In this document: in pieces, positions 9,301-15,878 of the stretch
How positions within the stretch are numbered: position 1 is the first letter of the stretch
Layout of the letters: every line of letters begins with the position of its first letter
Assembly: GCA_029067255.1 (NCBI GenBank)
Contig: JAIEEW010000133.1
Location: 1-26,918 of the forward strand
Direction of reading: 5' to 3'
Source of the DNA: Clostridia bacterium
GTDB taxonomy: Bacteria > Bacillota > Clostridia > Christensenellales > UBA3700
Length of the DNA: 26,918 bases
The notes under the pieces: generated by a model
Databases searched by the model: none
Told to the model about the DNA's origin: nothing
Seen by the model: the letters and a program-made list of their open reading frames with translations, nothing else
Made by a program: the position numbers and the translations under genes

Positions 9301-9596
9301 TTGCCCACTTCAGCCGCGCTCTCCGGCGCTACGTTGAAATAAATCTCTTTAGTAGTAGTATACCAAGGGTCAACTTCGTAAGATAAAGTAAACTCTTGTC
9401 TCGGTTGGATTTCCGATATATTGCCGTCTACAACAATCTCTATATTTTCGACGGGAACGGTCTCGAAAGTATAGTCTTCGCCTGAATCAGTCGACGCGAA
9501 AGCATACGAATCGAGTCCCGCTAACGTTGCAACAAACAAAACCAACGCCAACGCAAGAATTACAGTCCATCTTATAATCGTTTTTTCTCCTTTCAT
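6357..9596 (-). CDS. Large secreted protein with multiple Ig-like (Big_2-like) modules, one InlB-B-like repeat and a C-terminal beta-rich domain
   Basis: Signal peptide (TIIRWTVILALALVLFVATLAGLDSYAFA). Recurrent module starts VPVENIEI / VPVKSITL / IPVESIVF / VPALSAEI. GYLQTGW...LYAYW repeat near the C-terminus. No LPXTG, SLH or C-terminal TM seen. GGAGG RBS lies inside the upstream gene; 1-nt gap. Confidence 0.75.
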   Translation of the reverse strand: MKGEKTIIRWTVILALALVLFVATLAGLDSYAFASTDSGEDYTFETVPVENIEIVVDGNISEIQPRQEFTLSYEVDPWYTTTKEIYFNVAPESAAEVGKVSTVELMDGRARGTAVIAVSPDVEIGSVFTVTAGVDGIESNPIEMTVAKVPVKSITLSSPGTDDKLHIGKTRTVSCEFFPSYASDQSLRYELSGNGMKYIEDFDEASGTITAKKDVAVIDVNSTVTITAYSVDNPNAFDSVTLTLYMPTTVVEISAITPLGRFNAAGEALAVASSVAADTVSLESTVNGVDSTGLNYIIVKGQEYVEDGYVHSDGTFVLRPTSEWSEGMKIPHPEVKIRAAYSDGFDEITVSIYIPVESIVFVNSIVDNVENFRSYDMQAEAFPKYATLLADNPVPIFYSLNDIDASIAVVDSNGLLTLPKSLTSKGSIIEYSANLTNEWTGVDSMPLKRNLTVMPVYAEAFESIEIVKDGVAVDNENIKALPSDSLRVEIVYTIDNVTDIDVTLIANNGIITTSGSLIKISDLSAMNEDHPFITITVNYNHGGKVFSQDCYLSVYVPALSAEISDATFHRDGTLDLNSLITINGHGHASNKSVEWGDPNVTADKNGIVAQCEDGFLYISTNANAGTLVRVPYRTFDSDTWQYKEFTVAALDGAFSLEYLQTNGKDGHKYDIDYGAPQLEEGQSVDMRIKYKGLGGKINYGLTYSVEVSSNATLIYAGGIKDYDTFTLSVKSGQSGRNNYVTYKITVHDGTQTYYIYTNGASAPSNIKSRIEAQDVAIFKRVSGSLGVSQTSIEIDNSFDLTGWDSSFTYNKEDLVWTLTGGSMNGSAIASAPDSGFTLTITAKQKYNGQEINFYSEVFFSAIVYYYENNSSQIIRVKSVYKKQGCSVKIAGELCTRSGYLQTGWSTANNGAKDYVFSEDYSGNQDKYLYAYWVRTSVVVHIGQDADINGVSGDEVKELDENQNKDFHTREYLVNLDINTLKELGYTKIKINISALLERVKHDGNFAKLWLDVNGSNVYTKDKFQPTKSQSWNNNFSVTLSIDKFSQNTKIRLGFYTYDDGVWDKFTWKFYEAKVTLTAI

Positions 9597-9597
9597 T

Positions 9598-12474
9598 TTA
9601 CTTTACCTCCAAAATTCCTACAATTTCTCCGGTTCCTAAATCGCCGTTGTCGAAAATAAAAAGTCTTTCATCTTCCGTAATGCGGTAATTGACCGAGAAA
9701 GTTTGATTGTTATATTTGAACACTGCCGTGCCGTTTTCTCTCAATTCAACGGTTGCGCCGTTAAATTCAAAAGTACCTATAAATTCCTTATTCGTATAAT
9801 TAACAGGTCTGACGTTTCCGCAAGTCATCGTATGCTCGAATACGCTTAGGCTTGTCCCGCGAATATCTATAAAATCCGCCCGCAGCAAACCGTCGCGCGC
9901 AAACGCAATATCAATCGTGATATCTTCTTTATCAAGCAATTGATACTGATGGTTAAACAAAGCGGTTTTTAACGTCATGACGCCGTCTTCTATACGGTAA
10001 ACTCCGCTAACGTCAGCAGACAAAACTCCGTTGACAAAAGTCTTATAAGAATACAGTCCGTCTGCCGTCAACGTCAACTCCGAAGACAAAATATCCGCGT
10101 CTTTTGCAAACGTTGCCGTCCACGTTTTGACAAAATCGCAACCGCTGTAATCTACCTTGTCGAAAGACGGTTGCGGCGCGGCAGGACGCTCCCACTCGCT
10201 GTAAATCTCAATATCGCTTCTCATTACTCTCGCAAGCAATTCGTCAACGGAAATACTCTGCGACTTTTGCTCGTCAAGGTAAAGTCTTCCGTCTTCAAAT
10301 ATAGAATCAACTGTCAACAACGCTTCTGCGGAAAGCCCGCTCAACGCGTCTTGCAAAGTTTGTTTGCCTGCAAGTCCGTCTATACGTTCAAAACCGTTGC
10401 GATAATATATTGTAAACGCAAAACTGTTGCTCACTCTTTTGACGTATATTTGAGTATCTCCGTCGAATACGTATTCTGCCAGGTCTTCAAAATAATATTT
10501 CTTTCCGTCGATCGTGTATTCGGTGATATAATTCGCGTTGTCTTCATCGTAAATAAATTTTACGGTCTTCAAATCTACGCTCGCTATTACCCCATTCCAA
10601 CCGGCGGGATAAACAATAGAATGTTGATTATACCCCAAAAACGACAAAGTCGACATCTCGGATAGTTTTGTCTTGAACGTTACTGAAACCGCATATTCGC
10701 CCGCAGTCATTGCAAACTCCGCTTGCACAACGGTATTATTGAGATTTTCTCCTTTGCTTACGCCGTCTACCAAGATATCGTCAATATTTGCATGCATAGA
10801 TACTATCTTAACCGTCGCTCCTATGGGAATAATAAAAACGCTTCCCATATCAGGCATTGCCGACGTCTGCTCGGTTTTTCCTTGCGCTTCAAACTCATAC
10901 ATCCAGCCTACGCTTGCTCCTTTGCTTCCGTCTATATGCAACTCTCTAGCCTGAGCAGTAACAACGTAAACTGTAATTTCTTTTCCTTTGCTCAAATCGG
11001 CGGTATAGATTCTAGACCTATCAACGTCGTAATATGCAACGGGAGTTTTCCCATTCGCCGAATATATCAACGAATTAAGTCCGGCAGACTGCAAATCGTA
11101 TTTTTCCGTCCTTACTATGCCGACCTGTTCTGTCAAAACTGAATTGTCAAAATAATCAACAAATATCACTTTTACGGTAGCGGTCAATTTGAAATCGGCA
11201 AATACTATAATATCTGACGTAATATTTTCCAATTTATCAACAACTTGACCGTTTAGTAACCATCCGTTGAAAACGTATCCCTGTTCGACCGCTAATTGCG
11301 ATACGGCTGGTTGCAAAGAAATGGCTCCGTCGCTGTTTTTATATTTAGAAGGATTGATTTCAAGATTTACGTCTTCGAAATTTAATCCGCCGCCAATCTT
11401 GTATACAACGTTATATACTCGCTCTTCGACCGGCGGAAGAGACTCGACGATCTCTTCTCTTTTGGCTTCAAGCGTCTGTTTTATAGCAAGTTGCTCAGTC
11501 GTGGGTTGAGAAATTTTATTCAACAACGACAAAGCATAATCTATGCTCGGCAGATTATCTGCGTCCATAGATTCGGTGGGCGGCAACAAATCAAGAACGT
11601 TTTGCAAGAATTTTTGCTCATCGTCTACAACAGGCGCAGCATTCACGTTTATCTCGATTTTTACAGTCTTTGTTATGCCATGCAAAGTAAAAACAAACTC
11701 AATCTCGTTGTCTGTTATCGCCAACGGTTCGCTCTTGTCATAATCCCAATCCTTTATAAGTTCGTCCGCCGCATTTGCGTACTTCGCGTATACTTGTACT
11801 CCGAGAAAATCAAAATACTCGCCTTCGAAATAAGTAAGTTTTATAGGCATTCTTTTTATGTAAATCGACTGCAAAATTTTTGCTTCGATCTCAATAGCAA
11901 TATCTGCTGTCTTTCCGCCGTAACTTACAGTAACGCGCGTGTCGTCTATTTGTAACTTTCCTTTCTTATCATACGTCCAATCATTTACGATTTCGCTTTT
12001 GCCATTGTTGTAATGCGCGGTTACTTCCATTCCGTCTGTTTGGAAATAAGAATGTTCGATATATTTCAATTTATCCGGCTTCTTTGTAATTTCTATTGAC
12101 ACGAGATCTTTCTTTACTACGCTGATTGCAAAAGACGCGCTTTTTACCGTTCCCTTATCCGCATAAGAAACTTTAATCTCCTTATCGTCAAGACTTATCT
12201 GCTTTTTATCCAAAGTATAATTAGTTATGATTTGGCTTTTTTTGCCGTAATATGCTTTGACGACCATACCTTCAGTATCTACGTCTTCTCCTTCGATATA
12301 ATCCGTTTTTTCGGGCAAATCTACTATTTCTATCTTTGTCAAATTAGAATGCGGAATAAGCGTTGCCATAAGTATTATCGAAACGATCAGTGTAATGACG
12401 CTTAATATTATAAGCCCCGCCCCAATCGGATTTTTTATACAAAATCTTTTTATCTTATCTAAAAAATTCTTCAT
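9598..12474 (-). CDS. N-terminally membrane-anchored surface protein with three bacterial Ig-like (Big_3-like) repeats
   Basis: Basic N-terminus then TM (IGAGLIILSVITLIVSIILMATLI). Three repeats of the type SIEITKKPDKLKYIE...GMEVTAHYNNG, a helical linker, a GYVFNGW InlB-B-like repeat and beta-rich C-terminal units. Confidence 0.78.
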   Translation of the reverse strand: MKNFLDKIKRFCIKNPIGAGLIILSVITLIVSIILMATLIPHSNLTKIEIVDLPEKTDYIEGEDVDTEGMVVKAYYGKKSQIITNYTLDKKQISLDDKEIKVSYADKGTVKSASFAISVVKKDLVSIEITKKPDKLKYIEHSYFQTDGMEVTAHYNNGKSEIVNDWTYDKKGKLQIDDTRVTVSYGGKTADIAIEIEAKILQSIYIKRMPIKLTYFEGEYFDFLGVQVYAKYANAADELIKDWDYDKSEPLAITDNEIEFVFTLHGITKTVKIEINVNAAPVVDDEQKFLQNVLDLLPPTESMDADNLPSIDYALSLLNKISQPTTEQLAIKQTLEAKREEIVESLPPVEERVYNVVYKIGGGLNFEDVNLEINPSKYKNSDGAISLQPAVSQLAVEQGYVFNGWLLNGQVVDKLENITSDIIVFADFKLTATVKVIFVDYFDNSVLTEQVGIVRTEKYDLQSAGLNSLIYSANGKTPVAYYDVDRSRIYTADLSKGKEITVYVVTAQARELHIDGSKGASVGWMYEFEAQGKTEQTSAMPDMGSVFIIPIGATVKIVSMHANIDDILVDGVSKGENLNNTVVQAEFAMTAGEYAVSVTFKTKLSEMSTLSFLGYNQHSIVYPAGWNGVIASVDLKTVKFIYDEDNANYITEYTIDGKKYYFEDLAEYVFDGDTQIYVKRVSNSFAFTIYYRNGFERIDGLAGKQTLQDALSGLSAEALLTVDSIFEDGRLYLDEQKSQSISVDELLARVMRSDIEIYSEWERPAAPQPSFDKVDYSGCDFVKTWTATFAKDADILSSELTLTADGLYSYKTFVNGVLSADVSGVYRIEDGVMTLKTALFNHQYQLLDKEDITIDIAFARDGLLRADFIDIRGTSLSVFEHTMTCGNVRPVNYTNKEFIGTFEFNGATVELRENGTAVFKYNNQTFSVNYRITEDERLFIFDNGDLGTGEIVGILEVK

Positions 12475-12512
12475 TTGTCTATCTTCCTTCTTTAATTATC
12501 CATTTATTTGCA

Positions 12513-12830
12513 TTATTTTTTTGTACTTTCCCCTTTTATTATAATTGAAATATATAAGGTTTCTTTTGATGACCATTTCTCAATACTGCTTAGATATTTT
12601 TGCGCTTCTATATTCGAATCTAAAACTGACTCCCCTTGATAATACCAGCCGCAACCACTACTAGTTAACTCTCTATTTTCATCGTATAGTAATATATCTC
12701 CGCCTAAAATTACTTTGTTGTCTTCAAGCAAATTTTCTAGCAAACCCGTATAGTCGCAATAATTCCATACTGTACCGTAAATTCTCCATTCATCATAACT
12801 TATACTAACGCAATTTATACCTTTCTTCAT
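12513..12830 (-). CDS. Putative immunity protein, Imm40-like
   Basis: 105 aa with ILGGDIL...GWYY...SNIEAQKYL, matching the GGD/W pattern I recall for Imm40. AGGAG RBS; last gene of the AT-rich array. Confidence 0.65.
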   Translation of the reverse strand: MKKGINCVSISYDEWRIYGTVWNYCDYTGLLENLLEDNKVILGGDILLYDENRELTSSGCGWYYQGESVLDSNIEAQKYLSSIEKWSSKETLYISIIIKGESTKK

Positions 12831-12856
12831 AATAAATATATCTCCTATTTGCCTAT

Positions 12857-12881
12857 CGTTGCCGCAACTTGCTGTCCGTCC
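12857..12881 (-). repeat. 25-bp intergenic relic of the toxin Hint-coding sequence (copy of 16089-16113)
   Basis: cgttgccgcaacttgctgtccgtcc versus cgttgccgtaacttgctgtccgtcc: 24/25 identical, same orientation, compared base by base. Confidence 0.9.
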
Positions 12882-12887
12882 TATTGA

Positions 12888-13274
12888 TTATTTGCTGTAT
12901 GCTATTTCTATATCGCCGTCGGCAAATCCATAACCCACTGCTTCCGCATTTTTAAGCGCTGTGGAATATTGTCCTTGCTGAAGATAATCTTCTAGCAATG
13001 TTTCTACTTGTTCCAAACATTCTTCCCAGCCGCCTTCTATTTCAAAATATAATAATCTATCATTGCAATGACTTGCATAAATTCCATCTCCGCACGCCCA
13101 GTCGCAATCGTACTCATCATACTCGTCAAATGCTACTAAATCAACGCTATACTTATCGTCTGATTCTTCGTCTGCTTCTTCATAGATAAGAACACAGTAC
13201 GCCGCCGCGTCAACTTTAACTTGTTGCATTTCTGCATTCATCCATTCATCAAATTGTTTCTTCACATTTTCCAT
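12888..13274 (-). CDS. Acidic 128-aa protein, putative orphan immunity protein
   Basis: Very D/E-rich, with YSVDLV...DCDWAC and GYGFADGDIE motifs. Sits inside the immunity array with a short intergenic gap. Family not named with confidence. Confidence 0.6.
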   Translation of the reverse strand: MENVKKQFDEWMNAEMQQVKVDAAAYCVLIYEEADEESDDKYSVDLVAFDEYDEYDCDWACGDGIYASHCNDRLLYFEIEGGWEECLEQVETLLEDYLQQGQYSTALKNAEAVGYGFADGDIEIAYSK

Positions 13275-13289
13275 TATTCTATCACCTTT

Positions 13290-13880
13290 TTATTCCGTTC
13301 TATTTTTGCTAAATCCTATGCCGGTAAATTTATTTTTAGCGATTATAGACTTGAATCTTTCGGATACTACTATAAAAGTGCTGTATTCAGTTACAAATCT
13401 TGCATCATATTTTAATCTAAATATGTCCATGTTGTCGGGAACCTTTTCAGATTTTATAGACGGTATATAAACGTATAATTTCCCATTTTCTGACTTACTA
13501 TTCCAAAATATAGTCTTATCTATATCGAGCGCATCTGGCACTGTATTTAGTACATTTGCTATACAATACCCCTCCAATTTTTCTTTGTTGTAATGCTCTA
13601 CTTTTATGGGTATATACTGTATTCCAGTAATTCCCGCTCCCTCTATTGCTTCTCTCATTCTTGGCGAAAAAATTGGCACCATTTCAGTGTTTTGTAAAAA
13701 GTCATCAGGCGTTCCGTCGTCTTCTTCAAGTTCGGCAAAAAATTTAATATTTTCGCTACCTGTAAACTCCTTACATATTCTAAAAATATTTCTATCTATT
13801 TTCAAATCTTTTAGATTTGTAACGCACACCATCGGATCTTTTACTGCATGTTCGCAATTCAATATTCTAAAATATTTCAT
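13290..13880 (-). CDS. Putative immunity protein, Imm11/DUF1629-like (paralogue 2)
   Basis: PDDFLQNTEMVPIFSPRMREAIE..GITGIQYIPI, YCIANVLN..DALD, DIFRL, IVVSERFK..I...KFTGIGF pattern. AAGGA RBS. Confidence 0.75.
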   Translation of the reverse strand: MKYFRILNCEHAVKDPMVCVTNLKDLKIDRNIFRICKEFTGSENIKFFAELEEDDGTPDDFLQNTEMVPIFSPRMREAIEGAGITGIQYIPIKVEHYNKEKLEGYCIANVLNTVPDALDIDKTIFWNSKSENGKLYVYIPSIKSEKVPDNMDIFRLKYDARFVTEYSTFIVVSERFKSIIAKNKFTGIGFSKNRTE

Positions 13881-13890
13881 ACTTTTCCTT

Positions 13891-14478
13891 CTAATCCGCC
13901 TTTATTTTGCAAAATCCTATACCAGTGAATTTGTTTTTTGCTATTACTGACTTAAATTTTTCAGAAACAATTATAAATCGACTATAATCAGTTGCAAACC
14001 TATCGTCATATTTCAATCTAAAGATGTCCATGTTGGAAATCGCTTCTGATTTTATAGACGGTATATATACAGTGAATTTCCCATTATCTGACCGACTATT
14101 CCAAAAAATAGTCTTGTCAATGTCAAGCGCATCCGAAACCGAATTTAGTACATTCGCTATACAATACCCTTCCAACTTTTCTTTGTTATAGTGCTCAACT
14201 TCTATCGGTATATACTGTATTCCTGTAATTCCTGCTTCTTCTATGGCTTTTCTCATCCTAGGCGAAAAGATTGGCACCATTTCAGTGTTTTGCAAAAAAT
14301 CATCGGGAGTTCCATCACTTTTCGCTGTTTTGGGAAAAAATTTAATATTTTCACTACCAACAAACTCATCGCAAATTCTAAACTTATTTCTACCTATTTT
14401 CAAATCTTCAAAATTTGTTATACATACCATCGGATCTTTTACTGCATGTTCGCAATTCAATATTCTAAAATAGTTCAC
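13891..14478 (-). CDS. Putative immunity protein, Imm11/DUF1629-like (paralogue 1, GTG start)
   Basis: Same motifs as 13290..13880 and near-colinear with it. GTG start at 14478 with AAGGAG upstream. Confidence 0.75.
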   Translation of the reverse strand: MNYFRILNCEHAVKDPMVCITNFEDLKIGRNKFRICDEFVGSENIKFFPKTAKSDGTPDDFLQNTEMVPIFSPRMRKAIEEAGITGIQYIPIEVEHYNKEKLEGYCIANVLNSVSDALDIDKTIFWNSRSDNGKFTVYIPSIKSEAISNMDIFRLKYDDRFATDYSRFIIVSEKFKSVIAKNKFTGIGFCKIKAD

Positions 14479-14500
14479 AACCTACTTTCTCCTTTGCTTA

Positions 14501-15511
14501 TCAGTCTTCCTTTATCCACCACTCACCATAGCCACCGCTATCAGGTAATTGACTGTCTTTAAGATTATAATGTCTTTTATTAAAAGTACATGCTTCTTTT
14601 AATTTAAGACATGGCGTGAGATCTCCATCGATTATGTTAGTATATAAAAAGTCGAAACACTGCAAGTTAGGATACCTTTCAAAAAATTTTATCGACGGTA
14701 TACTTCCGCAATTCCTAAGTACCAAACATTCCAATGAGTCAACACATTTCATTTCTTCCAAAAAACTCAAATCACACTTCTTGATATTCTCCAATATCAA
14801 CACTTTCAAATTCTCAAGATTTTTAATTTCGGATATATCCTGTAATTTTGGGCAGGAGTCTATCCTTAATTTTTTAAGATTCGGGACCTTTGATATTCCT
14901 TCTATACTACTCATTGACCTGCAATAAGATAAACTTAATAAATGCAAGTTCTTAATTCTTTCGATTCCTGAAAGATCCTTAACATTGCCTTGTGTAAAAA
15001 ATACTATTTTCAACTTTTCAGGGTTTTCAATAAAATCAAATGAAAAGTCTTTAGGTCCATGTAATCTTAAATCTACAAGCCCTTTTATTTCCCGAATTAT
15101 TTGAGACTTTACTTTACCATCATCATACTGTGCATAAGCCGCTACTGACGATTTATCCAAATTCTTAAGTTGATTTGCTTGTGCAGTATCCAAAATTTTT
15201 AATTTAGGAAATTTGGACAAATCAATACTGGTTGATTTATTTTTTACATAATAAGATAATTCCGTAAGATTTACAAACCTATAAATCGCATTACTTACAA
15301 TGATATTGCCGCACAATTCTAGATGTTTTACTACTTCTGGATTCTCAATTTTATATAAAAAGTCCAAAGAAACTGATTTCAAACAATCATCAGCATCAAT
15401 CCAAATAAAATCGCTTCTATTTTTATTGATGTATTTCATACAATGTTCTATTCTATTTGAATCTTGCGGAAGTTCTATTTTTACACTTCCATCTCCACAT
15501 TTTTTTATCAT
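14501..15511 (-). CDS. Leucine-rich-repeat protein, probable cognate immunity protein
   Basis: Repeating LxxLxLxx units (LHLLSLSYCRSM, LKKLRIDSCPKL, LKVLILENIKK, LECLVLRNCGSI, LQCFDFLYTNI). No signal peptide; starts 10 nt after the toxin stop. Confidence 0.8.
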   Translation of the reverse strand: MIKKCGDGSVKIELPQDSNRIEHCMKYINKNRSDFIWIDADDCLKSVSLDFLYKIENPEVVKHLELCGNIIVSNAIYRFVNLTELSYYVKNKSTSIDLSKFPKLKILDTAQANQLKNLDKSSVAAYAQYDDGKVKSQIIREIKGLVDLRLHGPKDFSFDFIENPEKLKIVFFTQGNVKDLSGIERIKNLHLLSLSYCRSMSSIEGISKVPNLKKLRIDSCPKLQDISEIKNLENLKVLILENIKKCDLSFLEEMKCVDSLECLVLRNCGSIPSIKFFERYPNLQCFDFLYTNIIDGDLTPCLKLKEACTFNKRHYNLKDSQLPDSGGYGEWWIKED

Positions 15512-15521
15512 CTTTACTCTC

Positions 15522-15878
15522 CTAATGTACCCATTTATGGTAAAACCAATCGTTTGCTAAAAGTTTTTTATAACTCTCCTTAAATGGTATATCGCCATAT
15601 TTAAATCCGGGACTTGCTATTTTATTTAACAATTTCTCGCCGTCTTTTAAGTAACCGTTCATTAAATCTGCTTCTTTTATAAATGCTTCCATATCATTTT
15701 TGCACGGATAAAATTTTTCGCTTCCTTCCACTAACGTTCCTTTAAATTCTTTTACCTTAGATTTTATTGAAACTTCTCGGCGAGCCAGTGTTCCTTTACC
15801 TACGTATACATGTTCCGTTCCATCTTTCAATTTAACTTTGAATTCATACGCTCCAACTTCTTTTTTCTTACAAGCAGA
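15522..15878 (-). other. C-terminal toxin domain, GIY-YIG (URI-fold) nuclease-like, aa 1857-1974
   Basis: G-A-Y strand, YVG strand, Arg shortly after, helical Glu (EAFIKEADL) and distal Asn (LLNKIASPG), in the canonical GIY-YIG order. Confidence 0.72.
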
